Shown here one piece after another: positions 28,157-38,042 of a stretch of DNA of 43,109 nucleotides; position 1 is the first letter of the stretch, and each line of letters starts with the position of its first letter. Location of the stretch: positions 1-43,109 of the forward strand of contig JAZDPL010000006.1 of NCBI GenBank assembly GCA_043797665.1, read 5' to 3'. A model generated the notes under the pieces. That model saw only the letters and a program-made list of their open reading frames with translations. It had not been told where the DNA came from and did not search any database. Origin of the DNA: Candidatus Omnitrophota bacterium. Lineage in GTDB: Bacteria; Ratteibacteria; UBA8468; MWAK01. Position numbers and translations under genes: made by a program.

Positions 28157-29449
28157 ATGGGAAACGTTACAAATTTTTTGGAAAAAGTCGCTTACAATGT
28201 TATTAACCACTGCCGGCGCGAGGCAATAGCTTATGTAGATGGAAAAGAACAACCAGTAATAGTCTATGTGCCAGGAGGAGATAATAAATACCCGAGTTTT
28301 TGGCTACGGGATGCGGCGATGGAATGTGCAAGTGGTGTCATTCCACTGACAGAAATGATCACGATGATAGATATCATCTTCAGTTACCAAAATGATGTAA
28401 AGGTAAGAAGATTTGAAAATGGACTCATTGTTCATCCTTGGGCCTTTCCCGACCATATCAACCTGAAAGGAATAGGAGAAGTAGTACCAGGTGCTGTCTT
28501 TTTTCCGGGAACCTATGACCCTTCAGATAATCAAGGGGCAGGACGGTTCGGAAACTTGAATGTGGCGGATAGTCCTTATGAAGTGGTGGAACTTGCGTAT
28601 TTAATATCTACCAGGATGAACAACGAACCTGAAATTGTTAAATTTCTCAATAAACCAATTAACCGCATGCCCCGGATTGAACGGATGGACCTTTCTTTCA
28701 GTTCCGTAAATATAGACTCTGAGACCGGGTTACATTTTAATCAAAAAGACCGTTGGGCAGCAGAAAGTTTCCATGATGTTCTTATCAAGATGGGTTTTGT
28801 GTTATTAAGTTCCTGCCTGCGTTTTCGAGCGACAAAACGAATGGCTGAGTTTTATAAATGGCTTGGTGAAGACAAAAAGGTGAAGCAGTACATCACCATG
28901 TCAAAACAGATTTCGGAAAACATCTCCCATCGGTTTATTCTCAATGACGGTTGGCTTATGGTTGCCACCGAGGTTGACAAACAGGCAGATGTCTGGGGGA
29001 CAAGCCTTGCAATCTATGAAGGAATTCTTAAGGACGAGGAAGAAGGCAAAGCGTGTCAAGCAATGTTAAAAGAATATCTTTCTGGAACTGTTACTTGGAA
29101 CGGTTATTTACGAGGTACCCCAACTACTTATGATGCGGTTCCAGGGAAACAGGTGTGGGAAGACGACAAAGACGACGACCCCTTTAGAAAGTATGGTATA
29201 TATATCGACGGAGGTTATTGGCCACAACCAGTGGGATGGTATGTCTACGCCCTTTCCAAAGTTGACACTGATGCAGCAAGGAAACTAACTACGGAATTTA
29301 TAGACCATACCCGACGTTTTCTCGAAGAAGGATCCCCATTTGAATGGATAAGTCCAAGCATTCCACTTCTGGAAACCTCCGGCCTGGGACGCTGGTATGG
29401 TCCCTCAGTCGCTCTACCGCTCAGTGCCTTAAAAAGATTGGGTTGGTGA
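28157..29449 (+). CDS. (alpha/alpha)6-barrel glycosidase-like protein
   Basis: YPSFWLRDAAM, FHD, Y.DGGYWPQPVGW, PFEW; GAGGTG RBS. Confidence 0.6.
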   Translation: MGNVTNFLEKVAYNVINHCRREAIAYVDGKEQPVIVYVPGGDNKYPSFWLRDAAMECASGVIPLTEMITMIDIIFSYQNDVKVRRFENGLIVHPWAFPDHINLKGIGEVVPGAVFFPGTYDPSDNQGAGRFGNLNVADSPYEVVELAYLISTRMNNEPEIVKFLNKPINRMPRIERMDLSFSSVNIDSETGLHFNQKDRWAAESFHDVLIKMGFVLLSSCLRFRATKRMAEFYKWLGEDKKVKQYITMSKQISENISHRFILNDGWLMVATEVDKQADVWGTSLAIYEGILKDEEEGKACQAMLKEYLSGTVTWNGYLRGTPTTYDAVPGKQVWEDDKDDDPFRKYGIYIDGGYWPQPVGWYVYALSKVDTDAARKLTTEFIDHTRRFLEEGSPFEWISPSIPLLETSGLGRWYGPSVALPLSALKRLGW

Positions 29450-29451
29450 AA

Positions 29452-30720
29452 ATGAAAGAAAAAAGAGAACGCCAACCGGACCAGGAACGGATAAAGGGAT
29501 TGCAAGAAGCCCTGGAAAAGAACGGACTTGACCTTTTGGTCTTACGTCTGCCGGAAAATGTCACCGCGTTCGGCGGCTACTATCCGCTCACCGGACTGAA
29601 TTTTTTACTCTTTCCCAGAGAGGATGAGCCGGTTCTGTTGGTGCCGGAGAGTGAAAAAAGTGAAGCCGAAGAGGGCTGGTGGAATAATCTAATTACCTTT
29701 GAATTCGGAACCATAACCGCAACGGCACCGTACCGGAGGATTGAAGAAATCTTAAAGGAGATAACCTTCCGAAAAGGAAAACAATGGAAACGAATCGGTT
29801 ACGAAGGTAGTTTTGAGTTTCTGGCACCGGCTCTTTTGAGTGGGGAAGGCTTTTATCCGGCTCGACCTACCCACAAAATTCTGCAAAAAACCTTTGAAAA
29901 TGGAGAACTGGTGGATTGTACGGACCTGCTCCATAATCTCCGGGCGATTAAGACCAAAGAGGAAATCGTAAAACTCCGGACGGCCGGTAAAATTGCGGAA
30001 ATAGGACTGGCAAAGTTTAAAGAAGTAGCCGCTCCGGGCAGGAGTCCCGCAGAGATTGCCGGATTGGTCACCTCGGCCATTATGAAAGAGGGCATCGGAA
30101 TTGGTGGCGCCCAAAAAGTTGGTGTTTTTCCCCAGGTTACCTCTGGTCCGGAAGATACTGCCAAAGCCTGGCGTCCCTGCGTCATTACCACCAATCGTGT
30201 AATTCAAGAAGGAGACCTGGTGTTGATAGAATTGGGAGTGGTCGCCGACGGATTCTGGGCGGATGTAACCAGAACCCGGGTGGCCGGAAAGGCTTCGGCA
30301 AGACAAAAAGAAGTATTCCGGGTAATCCTGGAAGCCCAACAGGCCGCAAAAGACAAAATCCATCCCGGGGTTGCTTGTTCTGAAGTTGATGGGGCCGCAC
30401 GTACCATCATAGAAAAGGCTGGCCTCGGCGAATATTTCGTCCACATTACCGGACACGGCATCGGGTTCCGTTACCATGAGCCCATTCCCTTCTTACATCC
30501 GGCAAATACCGATATCCTTAAGGCCGGCATGGTCTTTTCTGTGGAGCCGGGAGTATATCTTCCCGGATTTGGCGGCATCAGGATAGAAGACGTCGTAGCC
30601 TTAACCGAAAAGGGAATTCTTACCTTAACCAACTTTGAACGTGACTTAGATGTAGGGGTCGGATTTATCCGACCCGCGGGCTTGATAAATCAAGCCCCTA
30701 CGATTGTTGATGTAAATTAA
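29452..30720 (+). CDS. M24 family (Xaa-Pro peptidase/creatinase-like) hydrolase
   Basis: RAIKT.EEI, GFWADVTRT, HITGHGIG, HE, SVEPGVY..GGIRIED; C-terminal tail is REP-derived. Confidence 0.88.
   Translation: MKEKRERQPDQERIKGLQEALEKNGLDLLVLRLPENVTAFGGYYPLTGLNFLLFPREDEPVLLVPESEKSEAEEGWWNNLITFEFGTITATAPYRRIEEILKEITFRKGKQWKRIGYEGSFEFLAPALLSGEGFYPARPTHKILQKTFENGELVDCTDLLHNLRAIKTKEEIVKLRTAGKIAEIGLAKFKEVAAPGRSPAEIAGLVTSAIMKEGIGIGGAQKVGVFPQVTSGPEDTAKAWRPCVITTNRVIQEGDLVLIELGVVADGFWADVTRTRVAGKASARQKEVFRVILEAQQAAKDKIHPGVACSEVDGAARTIIEKAGLGEYFVHITGHGIGFRYHEPIPFLHPANTDILKAGMVFSVEPGVYLPGFGGIRIEDVVALTEKGILTLTNFERDLDVGVGFIRPAGLINQAPTIVDVN
30652..30701 (+). repeat. Family A REP inside the 3' end of the M24 gene
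   Basis: Exact 50-bp copy, translated as VGVGFIRPAGLINQAPT. Confidence 0.92.
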
Positions 30721-30729
30721 GTTACAACC

Positions 30730-31761
30730 ATGAAGGCATTGGTGAAGTATCAAAGAGGGGATGGCTTTGTGGAGATTCGTGATGTCCCGGTACCGGTCCC
30801 AAAAGAGGATGAGATCCTGATTAAGGTGTCTGCCTGCGGTATCTGCGGAAGTGACCTCCACATTCTCCATGACCAGTTCCCTAACAATCCTCCGGTAATC
30901 ATGGGACATGAGTTATCCGGCACAATTGTGGAACTTGGCAGCCAGGTGTCTAATTGGTTTCTGAATGACCGGGTAGTAACTGAGCTGCACACCTCTGCCT
31001 GCGGAAGGTGTACACTGTGTCGGACCGGAAATCAACATATCTGCCCGGACAAACAGCCTCTGGGCTCAAAGACCGACGGCGGTTTTGCCGAATATATTAA
31101 GGTACCGGTACGACTCATCCATCGGATTCCGGATAGCGTGGATCTTGTTGAAGCGGCGCTTACCGAACCCATCGCCATCTGCATCCATGCTCTGTCTGAA
31201 TTCGGCCGGATAGGGATAGGTGACTTTGTAGTTATTCTGGGTCCCGGACCGATCGGCATTATCTCGGCATTAATAGCCAGGAAAATGGGGGCAAGCCAGG
31301 TAGTGCTCTGCGGAACAAACAAAGACCAGGCAGTGCGATTAAAGGTGGCGCACTCCTTAGGAGTTGATACCATCATCAACGTAGAGAGGGAGAATCTCTT
31401 GAAGGTTATTGAAGATCTTACCGGAGGGGTTGGCGCGGATGTAGTGGTGGAAGCATCCGGTGCCCCCCCGGCGATAAGACAGGGAATTAAAATATGCCGG
31501 CGCCAGGGTACGTTCATTGCCATCGGTCTTACTCAAGAAAAAGAAATTTCTCTGGCCTGGAATGAAGGCATTATTAAGGAGACAAAGATACTTATGCCCT
31601 TCAGTTCTACCTGGACAAGTTGGGAATTAGCGCTGCAGGTTTTGTCTCAGGGCATCATTAAGGCAAAGTACCTGACCAATTACCGGCCCTTAAAGGAATG
31701 GCAAAAGGCCTTCCAGGATTTGGAAGAAAGCCAGGTGATAAAAACCCTGTTATTACTTTAA
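30730..31761 (+). CDS. Zn-dependent alcohol/sugar-alcohol dehydrogenase
   Basis: GICGSD, MGHELSG, CGRCTLC..C, EP, GPGPIG. Confidence 0.92.
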   Translation: MKALVKYQRGDGFVEIRDVPVPVPKEDEILIKVSACGICGSDLHILHDQFPNNPPVIMGHELSGTIVELGSQVSNWFLNDRVVTELHTSACGRCTLCRTGNQHICPDKQPLGSKTDGGFAEYIKVPVRLIHRIPDSVDLVEAALTEPIAICIHALSEFGRIGIGDFVVILGPGPIGIISALIARKMGASQVVLCGTNKDQAVRLKVAHSLGVDTIINVERENLLKVIEDLTGGVGADVVVEASGAPPAIRQGIKICRRQGTFIAIGLTQEKEISLAWNEGIIKETKILMPFSSTWTSWELALQVLSQGIIKAKYLTNYRPLKEWQKAFQDLEESQVIKTLLLL

Positions 31762-31766
31762 AAGAA

Positions 31767-32507
31767 ATGTTAAATCCTGTAAGTATCGTTACCGGTTCCG
31801 GTCAGGGTATTGGAAAAGATATCTCCTTAGGCTTAGCCAGAGAAGAAGCCAGGCTGGTACTGGTGGATATTGATGAAAAAAGACTAAAAAGGGTGGGAAG
31901 AGAGGCTGAAAAGATAGGAAGTGAAGTGTTATTACTCAAGGCTGACATCTCAAGTCCTGAAGATAGAGAAAGAATAGTTAAGACTACCCTGGATAAGTTT
32001 AAAAGAATAGACCTCCTGGTTAACAATGCCGGCTTATGTTCCCGCAAGTCCATCTGCGAAATCTCCGATTCGAAATGGGACCAGATAATGGAGGTTAACC
32101 TCAAAGGGACGTTCTTCCTTTCCCAGAAAGTGCTCATCATTATGAAGAAACAAAAGAGAGGAAAGATTGTCAATATTGCCTCGCTGGCCGGTAAGATAGG
32201 CGGGATAGCCGTGGGAGCAGACTATGCCGCCTCCAAGGCGGGAATTATCTCTTTGACCAAGTCCCTGGCTAAAGAGGCTGGACCTTACGGGATTAATGTA
32301 AATTGCGTCTGTCCCGGAGTAATCAGGACAAGGATGACCTCCTCCCTTCCGAAAAAGGTAATAGAAGGCTACAAAAAGGCTATTCCCTTAGGTAGAATAG
32401 GAAGTCCGGAGGACGTGGCCAATGCGGTACTATTTTTAGCCTCGGAGAAAGCAGACTATATTACCGGCGAGATACTGGACGTCAATGGTGGCTTATTAAT
32501 GGACTGA
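31767..32507 (+). CDS. SDR family oxidoreductase (FabG-like)
   Basis: TGSGQGIG, NNAG, YAASK, IPLGRIG, VNGG. Confidence 0.9.
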   Translation: MLNPVSIVTGSGQGIGKDISLGLAREEARLVLVDIDEKRLKRVGREAEKIGSEVLLLKADISSPEDRERIVKTTLDKFKRIDLLVNNAGLCSRKSICEISDSKWDQIMEVNLKGTFFLSQKVLIIMKKQKRGKIVNIASLAGKIGGIAVGADYAASKAGIISLTKSLAKEAGPYGINVNCVCPGVIRTRMTSSLPKKVIEGYKKAIPLGRIGSPEDVANAVLFLASEKADYITGEILDVNGGLLMD

Positions 32508-32584
32508 TACAAACGAATTAAATATTTTTTTGACGTAGGGGTCGGATTTATCCGACCCGCGGGCTTGATAAATCAAGCCCCTAC
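32505..32584 (+). repeat. Family A REP (32535-32584) with leader
   Basis: Exact 50-bp copy; leader begins with the SDR stop codon. Confidence 0.92.
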
Positions 32585-32586
32585 TT

Positions 32587-33807
32587 ATGAAGAGAAATAA
32601 AAGATTAAGGGTGGCATTTGTCGGGGGTCCCATGTATGATTATCCTTATTCTAAAATCCCGGAGTTTGAACGAGAAACAGGCTATCAGGTTGAGCTGGGA
32701 GCAAAACTTATTCATCCTCAACTTAACGAACATATCGCGGATTTATATAGTAAAGGAAAGGGTGCGTATGACCTTATCACCACCCATTCCAAATATGCCC
32801 CTTCCCAAAAAGAGTGGCTCAGTTCCCTGGATGAAGATATCGGTAAGGAAGAATTAGCCGGTTATATTCCTGCTACGATAGAACTGATGAGAATCAACGG
32901 GAATCTGATGCAATTACCCAGGAACATTGACGTGAAATTAGTTTACTATCGCAAAGACCTCTTCGAAGACCCCAAGGAAAAGAAGGGTTTCAAAAAAAGG
33001 TTCGGGTATGAGTTGGAACCACCAAAAATCTGGCCGCATCTAAGGGATATCGCCAGGTTTTTTACCCGTCCACCCGACCTTTATGGATTTGTTTTTCCCG
33101 GAAGATATTCCGGGCTCTTTGGCCATTTTTTTGAACTATTGGCCATGGCTGGCGGGACACTCCTGGACAAAAACCTTAAACCAAAATTTACCAGCCAGTC
33201 AGGAGAATGGGCTTTGGGATTTTTGCGCGGACTCTATTTTGTAGACAAAAGTTGCCCGAAGGAAGTTCCGGACTGGCACTACGATGAAGTAGCACAATTT
33301 TTCCGGGAAGGAAAGGCAGCCATGACCACCGACTGGCCCGGTTCCTTTGCTGACTACAAAAACCCGACCATCTCTAAGGTGAAAGACCGATTTGCGGTGT
33401 GTATATATCCGTCTGGTCCATCCGGTAAAAGACGGGTATATGCGGGAGGCTTTTCTTATGCTATCCCCAGGAGTTGTCAGGATAGGTCAGGGGCTTTATC
33501 TCTGATGCGTTTCCTCCTCTCTGACCGGATGCAGTATGAAGAGGCAAAGAGAGGAGCAATTCCGGTAAAGAAGGCCGTCCGGGAAAGAATTAAAAAGGAG
33601 GCGCAGACAGGCTCAATGGAGGAAAAGCGTCTTCTGATGTTAGAACAGACCGTAAATGAGTCTCTTCTCATTCCACCAAAATTCGCGAAGTACCCCCTGG
33701 TTGAAGATGTTCTGTGGAAATTTCTGCAAGATGGATTTACAGGCAAAAGTGACGTAAAAAAGGTACTTGAAAAAGCAGCGGATAAGATTGGTCGAATTCT
33801 AAAGTAA
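32587..33807 (+). CDS. Sugar-binding protein of ABC SBP family 1 type, without signal peptide
   Basis: YDLI, LPRNID..YYRKDLF, PPKIW, F.EGKAAM..DWP, GGFSYAIP; no hydrophobic N-terminus or lipobox. Confidence 0.82.
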   Translation: MKRNKRLRVAFVGGPMYDYPYSKIPEFERETGYQVELGAKLIHPQLNEHIADLYSKGKGAYDLITTHSKYAPSQKEWLSSLDEDIGKEELAGYIPATIELMRINGNLMQLPRNIDVKLVYYRKDLFEDPKEKKGFKKRFGYELEPPKIWPHLRDIARFFTRPPDLYGFVFPGRYSGLFGHFFELLAMAGGTLLDKNLKPKFTSQSGEWALGFLRGLYFVDKSCPKEVPDWHYDEVAQFFREGKAAMTTDWPGSFADYKNPTISKVKDRFAVCIYPSGPSGKRRVYAGGFSYAIPRSCQDRSGALSLMRFLLSDRMQYEEAKRGAIPVKKAVRERIKKEAQTGSMEEKRLLMLEQTVNESLLIPPKFAKYPLVEDVLWKFLQDGFTGKSDVKKVLEKAADKIGRILK

Positions 33808-33822
33808 ATGGAGGGATAGACT

Positions 33823-34584
33823 ATGAAGCTGAAAGATAAAGTGGCGATTGTGACCGGTTCAAGTAAAGGCATTGGCGAGGGTATTGCGCGGGTCTTTTCC
33901 CAGGAAGGAGCCCGGGTAGTTATTACCTGCCGGACGGAAAACGAGGGCAGGAAAATGGCCGACGAATTGGGTGCTCCGGGAAAAAAAGCCGTATTTGTCA
34001 AAACTGACGTTAAGAACAGCCAGGAAATTCAGGCAATGATTAATGCCACCATCGCGACATTCGGCAAGATTGATATCCTGGTGAATAATGCCGGATATCA
34101 TCTTTCCAAGAACGTGGAAGAAACGTCGGAAGAGGAATGGGAATTTATCATAAACACAAACCTGCGCAGTACGTTTCTTTGCAGTAAGTATGCCATACCG
34201 CATCTGCGTAAAACCAAAGGGAACATAATTAATATCAGCAGTATGGTGGGTTTGGTCGGCCAACCCAATGCCGGAGCTTATTCGGCTACTAAGGGGGGTC
34301 AGATAGCCATGACAAAAAACATGGCCATAGACTTTGCGCCGGATGGTATCCGGGTTAATGTTATCTGCCCGGGCTGGATCCAAACGCCGTTGGTTGAAGA
34401 CTGGTTCTCTCAACAAAAAGACCCGGACGCGGCCCGTAAGTATATCTATGGCCAGCATCCGCTTGGCCGTATCGGCACCATTGAAGAATGCGGTAAGGCA
34501 GCCCTTTATCTGGCAAGTGATGATGCGGCTTTTGTCACCGGTATTACGCTCAATATCGATGGCGGCATAACCCTGGGATACTAA
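33823..34584 (+). CDS. SDR oxidoreductase, HSD17B14/L-fucose dehydrogenase-like
   Basis: TGSSKGIG, NNAGYH, INISSMVG.VGQ, YSATKG, TPL, HPLGR, GG.TLGY. Confidence 0.85.
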   Translation: MKLKDKVAIVTGSSKGIGEGIARVFSQEGARVVITCRTENEGRKMADELGAPGKKAVFVKTDVKNSQEIQAMINATIATFGKIDILVNNAGYHLSKNVEETSEEEWEFIINTNLRSTFLCSKYAIPHLRKTKGNIINISSMVGLVGQPNAGAYSATKGGQIAMTKNMAIDFAPDGIRVNVICPGWIQTPLVEDWFSQQKDPDAARKYIYGQHPLGRIGTIEECGKAALYLASDDAAFVTGITLNIDGGITLGY

Positions 34585-36048
34585 ATGGACAAAACAATCT
34601 ACAAAAACTACCTTGATGGAAAGTGGCGGGATTCATCTTCGGGAAAGAAATTTCCGGATATCAACCCCGCTGACCGAGAAGAGGTAATCGGCTACTTCCA
34701 GCAATCAAACATCCAGGACATCAAAGAAGCGATTGAATCGGCAGGCAAAGCCTTTGAAGCCTGGAAAAGGTATCCACCTCAAAAAAGGGCCCAGGTTCTC
34801 TCGCAGGCCCTTCTCCTGTTGAAGAAGAGAAAAGAAAGATTAGCCAGAGATTTAACCCGGGAAGAGGGAAAAACTTTGAGAGAATCAGAAGCAGAGATTG
34901 ACTCGGCCATAAAGGAGATGGGATTTCAAATTGGCGAGGGAGAAAGAATCTTCGGCAAGACCTCTTTTTCAGAAAAGGCGCAGACCCTCTCCTATACTAT
35001 GAGGCAACCCCTTGGCGTAGTCTCAATCCTGAGCCCGTGGAACTTCCCCGTAAATGTTCCCTGCCGAAAGATTGTTCCCGCCCTGGTTGCCGGAAACACC
35101 GTCGTTTTTAAACCGGCTTCTTTTACCCCCCTTTCCGGCTTAAGGTTTGTGGAGATATTTATTGACGCCGGTCTCCCAAAAGGAGTTTTGAACTTTGTTA
35201 CCGGCTCTGGTTCGGAAATAGGGGATGAGATGGTTGCTAATTCCGCGGTTAAGGCCGTATCCTTTACCGGCTCCACCGAGGTTGGAATGAGGATAAACAG
35301 CATTGCCTGCCGGAATATGACCAAAGTGCAATTAGAGATGGGAGGGAAGAATCCCGCGGTTGTCCTGGAAGATGCTGACCTGGAGACTGCTTCCGACAGC
35401 ATCCTGTTTGCTGCTTATGCCTGTTCCGGACAGTGGTGCACCTCAACCAGCCGGCTAATCCTGGTTGAGGAAATAGCCGACAGATTTATAAAAATCCTGG
35501 TAAAAAAAGTAAGGAAGATTAATCCTGGCAATGGACTTGACCCACAAACCTCAATGGGACCATTGGCCGGAGAAACACAGATGAAGAGGGTCATGGATTA
35601 CATAGCGATAGGCAAGCAGGAGGGAGCAAAGATTTTGGTGGGCGGGAAAAAAATGGCCGCCTCTCCCCGGGAAAAAGGCTTTTTTGTGGAACCCACTGTT
35701 TTTGTTGACGTTAAACCGGAAATGAGAATTGCCCGGGAGGAAATCTTTGGTCCGGTACTTTCCGTAATAAAGGTTAAATCTTTTGAAGAAGCATTGGAGG
35801 TAGCTAATAAAGTTAGGTTTGGACTCTCTTCCTCAATCTATACCAATGATGTCTCAAGAGCCTTAAGGTTTATCGAAGAAAGTCGGGTAGGAATCAGCCA
35901 TCTTAACCTGCCCACAAGTTACAAGGAAACCCATCTGCCTTTCGGGGGAATTAAAGATTCCGGATTTGGTCTTCCGGAAGCGGGTGAGACGGGGATTGAA
36001 TTCTTTACCGAAAATAAATCCGTATACCTGAATTATGGAGATAGATAA
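34585..36048 (+). CDS. Aldehyde dehydrogenase (2,5-dioxopentanoate dehydrogenase-like)
   Basis: PWNFP, FKPAS, FTGSTEVG, LEMGGKNP, SGQWCT, EEIFGP, PFGGIK. Confidence 0.92.
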   Translation: MDKTIYKNYLDGKWRDSSSGKKFPDINPADREEVIGYFQQSNIQDIKEAIESAGKAFEAWKRYPPQKRAQVLSQALLLLKKRKERLARDLTREEGKTLRESEAEIDSAIKEMGFQIGEGERIFGKTSFSEKAQTLSYTMRQPLGVVSILSPWNFPVNVPCRKIVPALVAGNTVVFKPASFTPLSGLRFVEIFIDAGLPKGVLNFVTGSGSEIGDEMVANSAVKAVSFTGSTEVGMRINSIACRNMTKVQLEMGGKNPAVVLEDADLETASDSILFAAYACSGQWCTSTSRLILVEEIADRFIKILVKKVRKINPGNGLDPQTSMGPLAGETQMKRVMDYIAIGKQEGAKILVGGKKMAASPREKGFFVEPTVFVDVKPEMRIAREEIFGPVLSVIKVKSFEEALEVANKVRFGLSSSIYTNDVSRALRFIEESRVGISHLNLPTSYKETHLPFGGIKDSGFGLPEAGETGIEFFTENKSVYLNYGDR

Positions 36049-36994
36049 TTATATCCTGGTGGATATGTTAAAGAAGATGCTCACCATCAGATACTTTGAG
36101 GAGGCCATTTTTGATGTCTACACCCGCGGCCTGATGCCTGGTCTGGCCCATCTTTATATTGGTCAGGAAGCAATTGCGGTAGGAGTCTGCGAAACCCTGG
36201 AGAAAGAAGACCTTATTACCAGCACGCACCGGGGCCATGGCCACCTGATCGCCAAGGGCGGCAACCTGAAGAAGATGATGGCCGAAGTAATGGGTAAGGA
36301 AACAGGTTATTGTAAAGGAAAGGGCGGTTCCATGCACATTGCTGACCCGGAACTGGGAATCATTGGCGCCAATGGAATTGTTGCCGGCAGTATCCCGGTG
36401 GCTACCGGCCTGGGCCTGGCCTCAAAACTTAAGGATGACGGAAAGGTGATTGTCTGCTTCTTTGGAGAGGGCGCTTCCAATCAAGGTGCCTTCCATGAAG
36501 GTATTAATATGGCTTCTTTATGGAACCTGCCGATAGTCTATGTCTGCGAGAATAATCTTTACGGAATTTCGGTCCACCAATCAAGGGCGCAGAAAATAAA
36601 GGATGTGGCTGTTCGGGCCGGTTCCTACGACATCCCGGGAGAAATTGTAGACGGGAATGACCTCCCGGCCGTCTACCATATTGCCAAGTCTGCTATTGAA
36701 CGAGCCAAAAAAGGTGGAGGCCCGTTCTTCATAGAGTGTAAAACATATCGTTGGGGAGGCCACCACGTAGGGGACCCGGGTACGGCCTATCGCCCAAAAG
36801 AAGAAGTCAGTTTATGGAAGGACCGGTGTCCGATAAAGAGGTTTAAGGAATCCCTCAGAAAAGAGAAAGTAATAAGTGAACCACAAATAAAGTACCTTGA
36901 GGAAAGGATAAAGAAAGACATAGAGGAAGCAATCTCATTTGCTAAAGAAAGCCCCTATCCTCTCCCGGAAGAAGCACTGGAAGATGTCCTGTAA
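36035..36994 (+). CDS. TPP-dependent dehydrogenase E1 alpha (acetoin/pyruvate dehydrogenase type)
   Basis: HLYIGQEA, STHRGHGH, GKGGSMH, FFGEGA..ENN, TYRWGGHHVGD. Confidence 0.92.
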   Translation: MEIDNYILVDMLKKMLTIRYFEEAIFDVYTRGLMPGLAHLYIGQEAIAVGVCETLEKEDLITSTHRGHGHLIAKGGNLKKMMAEVMGKETGYCKGKGGSMHIADPELGIIGANGIVAGSIPVATGLGLASKLKDDGKVIVCFFGEGASNQGAFHEGINMASLWNLPIVYVCENNLYGISVHQSRAQKIKDVAVRAGSYDIPGEIVDGNDLPAVYHIAKSAIERAKKGGGPFFIECKTYRWGGHHVGDPGTAYRPKEEVSLWKDRCPIKRFKESLRKEKVISEPQIKYLEERIKKDIEEAISFAKESPYPLPEEALEDVL

Positions 36995-37000
36995 GGAAAT

Positions 37001-37056
37001 GTAGGGGTCGGATTTATCCGACCCGAATAAGCGGGCTTGATGAATCAAGCCCCTAC
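37001..37056 (+). repeat. Family A REP variant (short central insertion)
   Basis: GTAGGGGTCGGATTTATCCGACCCG-aataa-GCGGGCTTGATGAATCAAGCCCCTAC. Confidence 0.9.
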
Positions 37057-37064
37057 CTTACTAT

Positions 37065-38042
37065 ATGAGAGAGATTACCTATGCCCAGGCGATTTCAGAA
37101 GCCATTTCCGAGGAAATGTCCCGGGATAAAGACGTTGTCATCCTGGGTGAGGATGTAGGCCTGTTGGGTGGAAACTTCCGGGCCACCGCCGGGCTTTATG
37201 AAAGATTTGGCCAAGAAAGAGTCATGGATACTCCGATTTCAGAAGCAGGCATCATTGGTTGTGCCTTAGGTTTAGCCATCAGGGGTATGAGGCCGATAGC
37301 CGAGATTATGTTTGGCGATTTTCTTTGTTCTGCCATGGACCAGATTGTCAATCAGGTAGCCAAGGCCAAATATATGTCCGGAGGAAAGATAAGCGTTCCC
37401 CTGGTTATCAGGACCAACATCGGTGCCGGAAGGTCTTCGGCCGGGCAACATTCCCAGAGCCTCCAGGCCTGGTTTTTACATACCCCGGGGCTTAAATTGG
37501 TAATGCCCTCCAGTCCTTATGAGGTAAAAGGGCTCTTAAAGAGTGCCGTAAGGGATGATAGTCCGGTTATTGTCTTTGAACACAGGATGCTCTACAATAA
37601 AAAAGGTGATGTTCCGGAACAAGAATATACCATACCCCTGGGAACCTCTGAAGTCAAAAGAGAAGGCCGGGATGTAACTATTGTGGCCAGTTCCTCGATG
37701 GTGGGTGAATCGCTTGCTCTGGCAGAGGACTTAGCCAGGGAAGGGATAGGCCTGGAGGTGATCGACCTGCGCAGTCTTTTCCCTATGGACAAAGAGACTA
37801 TCGTCAGGTCGGTCAAGAAGACCGGACGATTGGTCCTGGTTGATGAAGGAGTAACCAGAGGCGGCATAACCGCGGAAATCGCCTTTGTGGTTATGGAAAA
37901 AGCCTTTGACTACCTGGATGCACCCATGGAAAGGGTCGGGAATGAGAATACCCCTATCCCTTTCAGCCCGGTTTTAGAAAGGTATGTGATACCCACCAGA
38001 GAAAAAATTGAAAAGGCGGTCAGAAAGGTCATTAACAAATGA
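37065..38042 (+). CDS. TPP-dependent dehydrogenase E1 beta
   Basis: GEDVG, DTPISE, EIMFGDF, QHSQ, FEH, IDLRSL, LDAP. Confidence 0.93.
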   Translation: MREITYAQAISEAISEEMSRDKDVVILGEDVGLLGGNFRATAGLYERFGQERVMDTPISEAGIIGCALGLAIRGMRPIAEIMFGDFLCSAMDQIVNQVAKAKYMSGGKISVPLVIRTNIGAGRSSAGQHSQSLQAWFLHTPGLKLVMPSSPYEVKGLLKSAVRDDSPVIVFEHRMLYNKKGDVPEQEYTIPLGTSEVKREGRDVTIVASSSMVGESLALAEDLAREGIGLEVIDLRSLFPMDKETIVRSVKKTGRLVLVDEGVTRGGITAEIAFVVMEKAFDYLDAPMERVGNENTPIPFSPVLERYVIPTREKIEKAVRKVINK

